From Selaginella moellendorffii (lineage: Eukaryota > Plantae > Lycopodiophyta), in NCBI RefSeq assembly GCF_000143415.4, contig NW_003314347.1:1-64000 (forward strand): a DNA stretch of 64,000 nt. Reading direction: 5' to 3'. Below the pieces are notes generated by a model that was not told where the DNA came from, ran no database searches, and worked only from the letters and a program-made list of their open reading frames with translations. Below are positions 37,185 to 50,342 of the stretch, piece by piece (positions within the stretch are counted from its first letter, which is position 1; every line of letters begins with the position of its first letter). Both the position numbers and the translations under genes were made by a program.

Positions 37185-37820
37185 GCTTATAATGGCGTGT
37201 GCCCTCATGCCATTTACTTGATCACCAAATACTTTTTTCCCTTTGCACTAGTATATCTTAATACCGGTCTGAGAAATAGAATGGCATGTGCCCTCAAGCC
37301 TTTTACTAAATCACCTTTGAAAGAAATGCAAGCCTCTATGTCGTAAAAAAAAGGTACTAGAGAAATTCCTTAATAATATGAATGTTATTTAGTTTCATGA
37401 AAATACACTAAGGGTCAAATGAGTTAAATGACTTCTCCAGGCTAACAATGCCTCTTGCTACACCTTCACAATTAGATTCGTTAGAAAAAGATAACATTGA
37501 ATAATATTTAAATATTCTCACCATTAAGTTATATGTCTGGCTAATAGGAATGACGTTCATCTTGGAAAGCTCACCACACGCTCAATGAACAAACAAATAG
37601 TGTGTGCGCGCATGCCATCGCTCTTCTTTAGCTTCAGATTCGGCTTGTTCATCTTGACAATGAGATTTATTATACAACCAGATGGACACAGTCTAGACAT
37701 AAAATCACCGTGCTAGTCACCATGCCCCAGATATGTCTAGCCCCTGGACAAAAAACATATAATTTCACGTCATTTTCAAATACTTGAAAATTTGTACCTA
37801 ATCCCATTTTACTGAATAAA

Positions 37821-37844
37821 TCCCACTTTAACGAAATAGAGCTT
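37821..37844 (-). repeat. Right TIR
   Basis: TCCCACTTTAACGAAATAGAGCTT followed by AAAT. Confidence 0.95.
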
Positions 37845-38800
37845 AAATGAACACTAAATTGCATCATTGACTTAAATGGCTCTTAATGAAAATGATGCAA
37901 TTGTTAAAAGGCATTATTATAATTGTTGACATATCCAAATGTGCATTTGAAGATGTTTGAAAGAATGCTTTAATCCGCACGAGCGGCTGTGCTCAAACCA
38001 TTGTACCACTACACTACTGTCCTTTAAAGACACGTGGGAAATTTATGCAAATGTTGAACATCATCCCAAAAATGATATGTGGCAATCATTGTAAAGTGAT
38101 CAAACCAATAGTATACATCATCCCCAGAATTCCCATAACAGAACTTCGATCAAATGCAAGAATTAGCAACAAGAGCAAAATGAGCTATACTATGCACCAT
38201 GAATGCCATTATCAATTGAGTTTGATTGTTTAACTGCAATCGCATAGCATTACCATAATAGAATTTTGATAGCTGTCAAATTGGTTTCAATCCAGACTAT
38301 TCACTCTTGTATATAAGCTAAAGTTTATATATATATATTACTTAATTGTAGTGTTATTACTATTTAATATTTATTAATTCAATTGATAAATTGAATATTT
38401 ATATTTATAGACACAAAATTAATTTTAATACCATTTGAAGTCCAAGTGTACAATTACAATGCCATATACTAATATTAACATAATAGAATTTTGATAGCCG
38501 TCAGATTGGTTTTAATCTAAACTATTCACTCTTGTATATAAGCTAGAGTTTTTAGATATACACATTTTTATATTTTATTTCTATATTTCACACACTATAG
38601 CTCTAGAGTCAAAGGAGGAGGAAGTTGTTGCTCTACTATGATATTGAATAAAAAGTAAAAAGCAAAAGAGAAAAAATTGAAAAAGTTATAAGGAAAAAAA
38701 ATTTTAGACAATGCAAAATCTAAATCTAAACCAAAATCCTAAATCCAAACACTCATCAGAGACAATCAAAGCTACCCCTCCTTTGAGCAATATTTTGATT
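37845..38800. mobile_element. Gypsy gag remnant and family-C LTR-derived sequence
   Basis: Similar to 18311-18670 and to 705-1020. Confidence 0.7.
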
Positions 38801-41264
38801 TAAAGTTTAGGGTTTATTAATTAATGTATCAATCAACTCTCCTATCTCTAGCTCTACCACATGTTGTTGTAAGCAACCAAAAAGAATAACTTATAAGAGT
38901 TTTATTATTCTTTTTGTATTGGTTGATATATAAACTTCTATATATGTATGTATGTATGTATATCCGCAGTTAGGCATGTGATAAAATTAATCACATTCAG
39001 TGTTTACCAAATTGGCAACCTCTATTTCCTAAGTAAAGACCTTGGCATCAACATCTTGGCATAAAAAATGTATTATGGAGCCTTGCTTCCTCGGGATGGT
39101 GGTGGCACTCCATCTTACCGATCAATGCGATGCATGTGGCTTAGCCTTGGGCTAGCCATTTAGCCTTCACAACGTGAGGTGAAGTGGGGTTGGCTGCTGG
39201 GCAGTACCAAACCCAATGGGATACAAACAAGCCTGGCATGGGACATGTAATTGTAGTCTGATGGAGGGACACTCAGGCTGGAGTGCCGAGTGTCAGATCC
39301 ATAAGCAAAGGCTAGCAAGTGGCATGGCCAAGCACAAGTGATCCTTGAGGAAGTTGGAGTCCGAGCAGACCGAACTTGATATGGTGTGGAGTCAGCTGTG
39401 CCATATGGCAACTAGTGCCATGTGACATCAGTGGACTCCAAAGCAGTTGTCACATGGCTAGAGCTTGGACTCGAAAAGCCCAAGCCATGTGACAATGACT
39501 AACCATTCCGATGGTGCGGGACTTAGTGACTGAAAGCACTAAGTCCTGGGAATGGGTGAGATGGGACTGAACTGCAAGACACGATGAGTCACTTCCATGT
39601 TGAGTCGGACAGGATAGCTGAAGTATCAAGTCCGAGGAAGTGCCCAGTTATGGACTGGCTAGTAGACCAAGTGCAAGGCGCAATGCTTGTGCGATGGCGA
39701 GCTACAAGGGATGCACCACTGGCAGATGTGGGAAACCACATCGGTGCGCTCCAAGGGGAGATTACCTGGTGCCTGTCCCTTGTCCCTTACAATCTGTCTA
39801 GCTTGGTCCAGGGAGCATCTCACGGGTGGCCCCGCACAAGACACGAGTGCATGCAAGTGCATGGCATGTGTGTGGTTGGGAGGATGGCCGCTGTCTAGGC
39901 ACCCATCCATGGTGATTCATGCTAGCTCTATTTTCTGGTCTTTGTGATGCGTTCCGCTGTGTAATATTGTGGCTGTGGCTACAATATGGTGTTTCCACAG
40001 AAAGCCCACTAACCCTGCTGAGGAAGGATGCTGCCCTGCACCCCACAACAAGGTGTTGTGGGCCGCCCGGCCACTTTGGGCATTACATCAAGGATTCTTA
40101 TTGCAAGTTAAGTGAACTCAAGCACAGGTTCAAAAGCAAGAGGAGGAGTCTGCAGCTTCTGACTTGGTGCTGCATCCATCTGCAAGTGGTGAATATGGCT
40201 GCTGGCTGCGTGTGTGAGCAGGATCAACAGTAGCGGTGATGTCAACAGTGCCATCAAGCTCGCGAGAGGGACAACAAGGTGCTCTGGGTGCATAGGTGCT
40301 GCTACTGATTGAGTGTGCCCACACAAGGCAGTGGTCACCATAACACACTACTTCCAGATCTCCTCCCCAACCTCTCCACGCATCAGCTCATTCACAGCCT
40401 TGGAAATCTCCCCCTTGCCTACATTCTCCGAACCACCATGACCTGCATCATCCTTGAGGCACAACACCAGCTTATGCCTGACCAAGAACAAGAACGAGCA
40501 ATTGGAATTCTGCTCCCCCTGGCACACCTAAACATCGCAGCCCCCGGCCAAGATACTCTCCACCCATCCACAGTGTGTCAAGAAGCTGGCAACCGCAGGG
40601 TGGCGAAGAACTTGCATCTATGGAGCCCAAGGCACAACATGCACACAATGACCACCCCTTCGATCAAGGAACCTGTCAAACGTCTCTAGTGGGAACTGGC
40701 CAACTACCAGGTTTGACTTCATTGACTAGAGCATCTCCATGAACTTTTGGATGGTAGATAGTAGGACAAGCCCATCCTCCTTGGAGAGAAGTGAACAGCT
40801 ATGCACATTCCAGCTGGACGAAAGCATAAAGATGCTCCTCATTGTCAAGTCATAATCCGGAGATCCAATGTTTTCGAAGACCATTGGCTGACCTCTTTGC
40901 AGCCTCCTTCCCAATGGATTTCTTGCTGGAATGCAGCGCCTTCAGGGAGAAGTAGAACTTCGAGCAGAGTTTGATCTGTCTACGACCGCCATTAGTTGAG
41001 TCCTGCATTGATGCCACTATCAACTCCGTCAGCAAAAGTTTGAAGCCGAACATCTTCTTCTCACTTCAAGAACCCCACCATGAACTTGGTGTTGAACTTG
41101 CCTTTTGGTGATGCTCCTCACTGCCTCAAACAAAAGGAGGATGGCACATATCACTTCTTTCTCTTCTTGGTGTATTGTAGCTGTCAAAGTAGTGAAAGCA
41201 GGGCAAGTACTTGAAGCATTAAGATAATTCTAAATCTGGCAGCAGTCACAAACCACGCCAGAGC

Positions 41265-42474
41265 GTGCAAGTGGAGGTGCTGTGGATTTTTCAGCATCTA
41301 CACAACGAATACCCCATCAATTGGGTGGCGATTATACTCGAGCAGATGATAAATGCAATGGAACGCGCACAGCAAACTAGGGATCTCGGGAGAAACACGT
41401 TTATCCAATCGCAGTGGGGGCATTTAATGTACGAGATCATCACGAAGAGTCAACATTTAAAGCGAGAAGGGAATATCCAGTTCCAGCTAGGGATACCATT
41501 TTATGCACCGAAATGGGATCTGAACCATTGGCACAGAGAACAAGCAGTCAGGATGCGCCAGTAGAAACAGGAAAGGGAAAGGGATGAAGAGGCAGTCGTT
41601 AGGGTTCCAAGAGCAGAGGCAGTAGTTGCAATCTGCAAATCACCGTCGTCTTCACCAAGTCGGAAGGTTTCAGCATGACGGGCATGATCAACGTGAGCCA
41701 GTTGGGCATCAGCTTGAAGAAGAAGGAGGTCAAATTCCAGAAGGGATCGGTGGACTACCAATGGTCCAACTCGAAGGTAATTTCGTACTTCTCGAAGATG
41801 TGCCACCAGCAGAGCAACACCTGTTCTACATGCGAATGATCCTCGCCATGGACACCTGCCGGAAGTTCATCCAGCTGATGGGCTGTGAGTTCCAACTCAC
41901 GGCCAAACTCTTCAGCCAGGCATTTGAGCTCTGGGAGCAGAGTTACGGATGGAAAAGCCACCCAGGAAGATCACCAACAAATACCATCATCTCCTCAAGG
42001 TCAGCGCAGAGGAGCACATGTGCAGGAGACTCAAGGCCAAGGGCTTGCGGTTCGAGTTCAACAACGACTCTTTGCGCCATCATTGGATGCCGGGATAAGC
42101 AGAAGAGTGTGCCCCTTCCAATCATGTGGGCGTATCTCGCAGCGGAAAGGGGGATCGGGGTGAACTGGGGAGAGATCCTCAGATCATCTTTCTTCAGGAT
42201 TGTTGAAACACTCCAGCACGCAATCAAGATGGGAAAATCGGCAAGTACCATACTCTACCCGTACTTGCAGCGGCTCCGACCCCAGTTTGATCTCGATCCG
42301 GATCAAAGCTGGAAGTTTCCCGGAGGAGTGCCGCCGAAGGATTGGAGGGCGAGCGAGAAGATGCGACGACTGTTGAACAATGCCTCCGACAGATCTGACT
42401 GTATTCAGTTGATCACCGGAGAGACTGCCGACGAGCTTCACTCTACGAAAGGGTATGGAGGCCACGAAGTGTAG
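41265..42474 (+). pseudogene. Degenerate ORF with two related W..INW/VNW domains; possible retrotransposon accessory protein
   Basis: VEVLWIFQHLHNEYPINWVAIILEQM and LPIMWAYLAAERGIGVNWGEILRSSF...ILYPYLQRL. Confidence 0.35.
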
Positions 42475-45400
42475 TGAGTTGGAACGAGGTTTCCAAGATG
42501 TACCAGCACAAGAGACGGTGGAGTTGACTGGGATCACCCATGTCAGCCATCAGTAGACTCGTCCACAGTCTACAAGTACCAACACCGTGCGATGGCAAAT
42601 TCAGAAGGACAATGGTAAGGCGGTGCCCCAGATCATGCCGTGGAGTCCCGCAACAGCAACAGCAACAACAAAAGCAACAGCAGCAGCCGCCAATACAGCA
42701 GCCGCAGCATCAGCAGGAGGGAGTGCAGGCATCTACCATCTGCCCACCACTTATTGCGATTTTGGAAAGGCCGCAGTGTGATCCAATCTTGATCACGATG
42801 AACTTCCACGAACTCGCGGACTTGCCGCTCCAGCTCCAGTGTGAGGTGGGCTCCAAGAACATTGGATCGTCAATGCCATGACGTTGCATCAGACTTGAAA
42901 GTTTGGTGTGATCTGGAAAGCATACCTGTCAAGGCTGGCGCTCGCGCAAGCAATTACACTTGCACGGAGGATGGTGTCCAAGACGACCAGCCCATGGCCC
43001 GGACAGGGAATTGACACGGCTTTCTCAGCCTTGGCAGAGGCCTTGCTCGTCCAGTGAGAGGCCGAGAAAACCGGATCAGATCTCATCCACGGCCGAATTA
43101 CCCAGACGTTGCTGGAGCTGGAAGGATGAAAACAAAGATCACTTTAGCATGATCTCAGGCCCTTGTGCGTATTTGCCAATGGATCCCTCCAGTTTTGTCT
43201 AGCTAGATCAAAAATAGCAGAATGACGATGAGCCTGGCCCCCACGTGGTGTGAGCAAGGAGGCTTTGGATCGAGAGGGTTTGATCCGGCGAGTGCGCTGC
43301 TCAACAACATCTTCCACAAGTTCAGTGACCGCAAGCGAAGCCCCTCATCAGTAGCAGCAGTGGCAGCACAGGAGCTCGGTCATGTGTCCAAGAACCATCC
43401 TGCCCCTGCTGGGCGCCGAGAACAGCATCGAGCAGATGGAAAGGTGGATGATCCCGACTCCACGGAGGAGTTGGAGGATCACTTCGCGGCGGATGGCCTC
43501 TAACTCCTGCCAATGCAATGGTTGTGGGTGTCGCTTAGCGCTAGCAGCGGCAGCAGTCCATTGCGATGGTGTGCGGATTGCAGCCCCACCACCTTTGCCT
43601 CTACCAAAGAAATCTTTCTCATATCAGCTGGGACCTCCTTTGCCTCTACTGAAGAAATCTTTCTCATATCGGCTGGGACGTGGATCTTTCACGACGGTGT
43701 ACGAGGGATCCATCTAATAATTTTCGTTCTTGTTCACGTTCTATTCTTGTGCTAAAATAAAATTCTCTCTTCTCTGATTTATCTTTCAAGAAACATTTTC
43801 ATTCAAAACACGTGGGGAGCGGCTTCGCATCTGATGCGAGATATCGTAGTCTCACCTTCCCCTTGGTGGCACTGGAGCTTGCCTTGCTGCTCTTGCTCTT
43901 GTTGGTTGGCTTGGTGACCTTGGTGATCTCTCTTCACTCTTTTCTCTCCTCCTTTTTCTTGGTTGGAGTTGATGGTCCATCCACCGGCCTCTCTCCTGGA
44001 TTGCTTGCCTTGGTTCGGAGATTACCATGTTATCCATCCACCACCCCCTTGCCACGATCTCCTGCAATCTCGACACTGCGTGAAAGATGTGTCAGACTTG
44101 CTGCAGCAGCAATAAACGTGATAAAGCAAGAGTAGTTACCTTGGCCTCCAGTCGTGGCAACGGTGCTTCCGCCTCCATGGTCGCCACACTCCACCAGACA
44201 AAGTCCTGGAAGGACGAGTACAGCTCCATGGAGTCAGTGCCAATGAATGGCACTAGGCACCCCCTCCTCTTTGTCTGTAAACGACACATGAACACAACAT
44301 GAAAGCTGTTTCTCCCTTCTCCAGTGTCTCCAATCATGATAGCTGTAGCAAAATGTAGGTAAGTGCAAGACGATTTGTCAGAGAAAGACAAACCTGTATT
44401 TGCGAAGTGCAAGGTGGCAGAAGACTAGACAAATTACTTGCACTTTGGGACCAAATATAACTATAAAAGCAAGAAAAAAAATTAATCAAAAAAGGATTAA
44501 CAAGGAAATCATATATTGTCAACATTGCCTTGGGTGGGTCTAAATTTTTCATCTCGCACAACCTAAATGCATTGACGTAGTCTTTCAATGGCTACAGCTG
44601 CAAAAGAAAAAGAAATAGAAAAAATAAGAAAGCAGTAGAAACATTAACCATACTTACAAAGACATGACAAGTTGAGGTCTCAAACATTGACTAGCTTAAA
44701 ATAGTGTCAATAGTAGTTGTCTTAGAGTAACTGCTACTAAATTTTATCGCTCTTGGATAAAAATCGTGATGTCCAAGACTCATGTTGCTCCACAAAAGCA
44801 TCAAACACACGAACTAGTGCCACGACATCCTCAGATTCCGGGCCACCAGTACCACTACTTGGTCGTAAACAAGATTGCCATGGTTGCACATTCCAAAAAC
44901 TCTAAAGATCCTCCTCTCCCTTGTTGACTTTGTGTTGACTGAAAAATGCATCTAAGTCATATATTACAGTCTCCTAGAGAATTCTGTAGATTCAGACCCA
45001 GTTGTCAAATTATAAAGCAGCCAACTCTACAAATGCCGCCCATAATTCCTCTGGTTTTGCAGCCACACTACTACTAATAAGAACCAACGACTCCAAACAA
45101 GTTTGTAGTCGGCGTCTTCATCTGTCTATATAACATGTAGAATCATGGAGCCAGTGCAGATTGTATTGGCTATGCTTGAACACCTGGTTATATTAACAAT
45201 TCTTCATGTTGTGTACATCAGCTTTTGGATGCTAAGAAGTGAATCGATGCGCATTCCACAATGATCACAGAAAATTCTCCAAATGTCTTTCCATGGGGAA
45301 ACTTTCTTGTGGATGATGTCGTGCAAATGTTGAGGACGTCCTGGCAAATTTGACCAATGTGAGCGTTTAAGAAGCAGGTTTACGGATTACGCATTGACTA

Positions 45401-45611
45401 TTCACTACATGCCTAGTTAAAACAGTGGTACTGCTACGTATTGCTCGGAGGAAAAACTTGGATGACAATGCTACTGCTCTGCAAACGCTGTCACGTCGAC
45501 CATCCTGTCAGTCACAAACGGTTCCACACTCTTCTTTTCCAGAGCTGGACAACGACCACACATGGCACCACTTGCATCCAAATATAATATTTTACTCTAT
45601 ATAATAATTAA

Positions 45612-45757
45612 ACCATAGATCTGACTCTCATTTTGCTATTAGCTTATCTGGCCTAACGTAAAATTGACTAGGAATATATAGTACCATAGATCTGACTCTC
45701 ATTTTGCTATTAGTTTATCTGGCCTAACGTAAAATTGACCAGGAATATATAGTACCA
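45612..45757. repeat. Tandem duplication of a 71-bp unit
   Basis: accatagatctgactctc...gaatatatagt x2. Confidence 0.9.
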
Positions 45758-46026
45758 GGGTGGTACGTTTTTAAACTTGTTTTATACCATACGGATGGAG
45801 TTAAAAGTAAACAACTATGCTACACTACTACTAGCTGATTGCCCTCAATTAATACAAGCCCATCAACATCACGTGTTTAATTTCTTGTTTCTTGGAAGCT
45901 TCCAATAAAATATTCTAGCCTATCTAAAGAATATGTGTGTTTTTTTTCTCCCAAAACATTTGATTCTCTTCATCCACAAGCTTGACATTTAGTATGCCTT
46001 GAGGAAGAAGTACTCCTACAAAATTA

Positions 46027-47030
46027 TCAGTCCTGCCTTCTCCAAAATGGAATACCAATTTTTGGTATACCAATCCAAACTCGCAGCATTGTACAAGCAG
46101 CTGATGCATTGCTTAAATCGGTATCCTCAAACCACTGGTGTGCTAGACCAAGTTCCAGAACACCACACAGCCCAGTGTAATTTGTTTCGGCACAATTGCG
46201 CAAAAAGTGGCTTTCTGCGAATCCTTCCCTGTGTAGCTTCCAGTTTTGATAGCAGGGCACCTTCTCGAGGTGGGCAGGGAGCGATGGCGCTGTTAGATTC
46301 GACCGTCCTCTCCAGCGTTTGCTCCTGAATTGCAATGGCCTCTTCTGTTCGCCCCGCCATCGCGAGTGCCCAGACGAGCGAGAGCGTGTCAATTCACGCA
46401 ACCGGCAAGCGCGATCGTGGCGGCCCAGCTGCATGTAGGCCACAAGAGCGTCACTGAGAACTTCACGGCGTCTCTCACCGGCGCCGATTCAAATGCGATG
46501 TAAAGATCTCCTCGTTTGGCATTTGCAGCGATTGTCAAAGTCGTAGAACAAACGTCTCTCATGGGCATCTCTTCCAGCACACGAGGAGTTCTTTCGCTAA
46601 AAACAGCGACTGCGTGTGCCTCTAGAAAACTGTTCTAGGAGGTCACATCCCACTCCGGCATAGAATCAAACGCAAACTTTGTACTTTCTACATCTCCACT
46701 TTCGGCATAAGTCGCAAGCACAGAGTTCCAAGCTACTAGATCTCTGCAGGGCATTAGACTAAACATTGGTATTGCTTGTCCTACTTCATTGTTCCTTTTG
46801 TAATAGGCAAACATGGAATTCTAATAGACAATGTCAGGATCAAGAAAGATCATCAAACAATGCTTTTGTTTTGGCCAAATGCCCACTTTTGGCACGATGC
46901 ATTCCAGGCTACGGTATTTGCCACGGGGCTCCTCCGCCCACTCAAGATTGCCGTGGCTCACATGCACAACCAGCAAGGTTGTCCATTTGGATTGACAATG
47001 CTGTAGAACACCTCGACAAGGCTCCCACAT
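46027..47030 (-). pseudogene. PLS-class pentatricopeptide repeat pseudogene
   Basis: Minus-strand motifs MPCRDLVAWNSVLATYAESGDVESTKFAFDSMPEWDV, LEEMPMRDVCS, GRTEEAIAI; stops and frameshifts present. Confidence 0.8.
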
Positions 47031-50000
47031 TTGCTGTACATGTCCAGCAGATTTGCAAGGGACATGCTGCCGCTGCCCAGCACTGGAGCATGGAGTTCCT
47101 GGAAATCCACGTCAAGGGCCGCCAGTATCAAAAATGATTGCCATGGTTGCGCATTCGGAGATCTTCCACTGTTTCAGCCTTCCCTGGGATCTTTTTCCTT
47201 TAAGCGTTGTTTATGTTAATTCTGTGAGAATCTACTTTAATAATAATAATGTTTATTTGGAGTTAAATTAAAATGTTCTTCTTCTTCTTTTTCCTCATTG
47301 AATTTGTTGTTATCTATTTTATTCCATGGGAACGAATAGAAGAAATTTATGGAAGGCTTGAGACCTCCGGTTTATTATTCCTAGAAACTCCACAACACGA
47401 AAGGCTGCTGATCATGCGTTTTTCCATTAGGATCTGCCTCCCAAACACAGTGCATGGTGAGATATAGCTCCTCACAACAAAGGCAAATTTTCAGCCGCAA
47501 ACTACTTGGCTATAGCCAGGAAGTGGCTGCGACATCAAAAGGTTTTATGGCGCAACCATGGATACAACATCCCAGATGGTCCTCCCAACGACGCTGAAGA
47601 GAACGAAGACGGAGCAAATGTCGAGGAGAATGCTCGCAGATGCCCAAAATGCAATGCAATTGACGAGAACAATCCAAATACACCACTCAAAGTCAAGTAC
47701 TACTTTGAGTGTGGTTGGAAGATGCCCACAGAAGAAGACTAGCTCACTTGTCTTTTTATTGTCGAGTGGTTTTGTTTCTTTCACTTGTCTTTTTATTGTC
47801 AAGTGGTTTTGTCTCTTTCAATTCCAGCAATTCTTCTTGTTTTTCCTCTCAATCTCTGACTACATCAGTCTCCTTGCCTCCATCGCGGGCATCCAAGGCC
47901 GGGCTTGCAATCTCTGTTGCAGCATGGCGGCCCAGGAGAAGATGCACAGATCGATCGGCGGCCTCCCCCTCTGGCGATGGTTAGTATTTCCAGCGAATGG
48001 CTCTTCCCAAAGCGAGCGGAAAGGTCTCCCTGTGGAACATGATCATCGCCGCTAGTGTTGATGTGACTGGATCGTTGCATAAACTTTTCTCTTCTGTATG
48101 TGATGTAGGGAGGCATGGAACGACAAGTTTTGGTGGAGAACGATGCTGAAGCTGCAAGGCTTGCTGATTCCTCTCGGGCCAACGTGAAAGAGATTCTTCC
48201 ACTTGAATCGCGACTTATCTCGATTGACAGCCGAGATGGTTTCCATTGAAACTCAGAAGAGAGAGGCTGGGGATTTGATCCAAGCGATAAGGCGTGGCCT
48301 TGAAAGCTGTGTGGTAATCGTTGGGCGAGGCTGAATCTCTATCCGACGTTTGTGCAGGCGAAGCAAAGAGATACTCAAAGCCTTCTTTTCAGTAAAGAGT
48401 TTTGCCTTCGTGACTTGAGGAGTCAGGCTGAGCAGGCTGCAAGAGGAGCCATGCCAAACATTGGAGAGCTCAAAGGCGATATAATCGTTAAGTTACAGGA
48501 GAATTCATCCGTCCAAGATATCTGACTTCGCAAAGTTTCCAGGCTACGGAAGCTGAAGCGCGGAAACTGGAACGGGAGATTGAAGAACTCCGAGCCAAAC
48601 ATGCCGATGCCCAAGCCAGGAAAGAGCTTTCCTTATCTCGGGCTTGATTCTTTTGAAGGTAGCTTACAAATTCTTTTCCATCTCGTGTGTGAAAAAATGT
48701 TTTTTTTTTCCCTCAGATTCAGCTAGACATGATGCAGAAGCTCTCGAAAATTCTGCGTCTGAGCTCCGAGCTTTGCAGGACAAAGCAGTAGAAGTTTCTC
48801 AAGTAAGAACTGAAAAGATTAATACTTTGTAACTTGTTGTTTTTTTAACGTCAAATTTAATCCATACCTGCGAACATCGTACAAACTTCTCTTGCATCTC
48901 CACGGCATGTTGCTCCAAACACCGCTTTCTAATTCGTGCTTCGTTCAGAAAAGTTTCCTTATTCTCAATACCTCCTTTCAGCTCCTTTTCCTCAACGGAA
49001 ATCTGTAAGAAAACATAAAATATGTTAAACTAGAAATGAAAGCAGTGACACAGTGATGATGTGGGTTCGCAATCTTTCTGCTCGTGAAATATTCCATAAC
49101 CACTATGACTACGTCTCGAATGAGTGTCATCGAGACTACAGTCAAGATAGTTCGTTTCCAGGTTGGAGATGACTCTGACGAGCTTCTTGCGCAGCTCCAG
49201 GAGAGCTAGAATGATCTCGAAGGGAGTGGGGTTGTCTACTCTCTCGAAGGCAAAGAAAGTCTTGGCTCTTTGCGATTGCTTCCAAGATGAAGTCTTTGAG
49301 GCTGTCATAGCTAGCGTGAGGATCACTGCTAGTTCTTTCATCCATGCGGAGGGATTGCTCAGGTCTGAGCTGACACGGAGGCCAATTCAAGCTCAGTCGC
49401 AGCGAGCACCAAGGTGCCGGTCAATGCTTGTCTAGCTACAAGGCAAGCCAAAGACCAGCACTTTGAACAGCGCGCGTTTTGGCTCGAGGTAGAGGGCAGT
49501 GATCAGGAGCTCGTGGTAGAGGGCGAGGCCGTGGATTTGCACACATGCCATTCCCTCAAGCAGGTACATCCACTCAACTGGCTACAGGAAAGAAAGGACC
49601 GAAAGGAGGGACACCATAGCAAGTGGTTTGAGCGGATGGGTCAGGGCAAGTAGCAGCAAATGCCAATGTCCAGTGGTGCGAATCTCCTCATGAGAACATG
49701 CACAGCAAAATGGGGGAGCCTGGTCGAGGTCGCGACCACAAACGTTTTCCTCCTGGACGATCTTGCTAATTGCGTATGCCGTCTCTATCGACTGGAGGTT
49801 GATGCCCGTAGCTTTTGCATTGGTCACAGTACATGAGAAAGAATTTGTTTGAAAGAATTTGTTCGGACAAACATCAAAGCCGATGTGAGGAGAGGAGGCA
49901 ATGGCTCAAGTACTCGAACATGTTCCACAGAAAGTTCCTACAGAAGAGAGGAGACGCAAAGACAAGTTTAACAAAGAGAAAACTTCTCAGTCAAGCAGGA

Positions 50001-50342
50001 CTGGAAGAAATTGACTGCCGAGTTTACACAAAAAGCCCGTATTAAACATGACTAATTAAATCGATTGAAACCTGATTTGTAAGCTTTAGGGTTTTGTGTG
50101 TTAGGAATCCACGTTCAGTTGCACTAGACGGCTGCAAGAAATCACCTTCCATTAGATCGCCGCTGTGGAGCTCGACGCAATGCCACCCGACGACCCAGCG
50201 GCGGCTGGGGCATGGGTTGCTTTTGATCCTGAGGCGACAATCGGTGCCAAGCCGATGATCGATGCCGAGGCAGTGATTGCTGATGTGGAGTAAGTAATGC
50301 ATGGATTGATCTCCTAGAATTCCAATTCCAATTTCTCTTCGT

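Larger units (their letters stand above)
24449..37618. repeat. Dispersed 22-bp palindrome ATGGCRTG-N6-CAYGCCAT (~28 copies)
   Basis: Copies start at 24449, 25526, 25601, 26972, 27113, 28588, 29877, 29937, 30014, 30767, 30902, 31061, 31140, 31990, 32062, 32677, 32775, 32936, 32972, 33041, 34887, 34944, 36286, 36432, 36592, 36672, 37192, 37281, 37597 (some degenerate). Confidence 0.93.
24063..37844 (+). mobile_element. 13.8-kb Sola1-like (DUF7869/DDD) DNA transposon with a large cargo gene
   Basis: Perfect 24-bp TIRs; 4-bp TSD AAAT (AWWT type); flanks rejoin into the gag remnant seen uninterrupted at 18261-18345; DDD transposase inside. Confidence 0.9.

Noticed and set aside
24449-37618. CRISPR array or integron/recombinase-site interpretation of the palindromes
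   Set aside because: Spacing is irregular (36 bp to >1.8 kb), sites lie in introns and exons of continuous genes, and there is no cas or tyrosine-recombinase gene
44950-45400. Possible LINE 3' remnant
   Set aside because: Only faint motif resemblance; no RT core or poly-A/TSD found
47900-49830. Minus-strand spliced coiled-coil-like gene remnant
   Set aside because: Multiple stops and no family I can recognise; not supportable as a named feature
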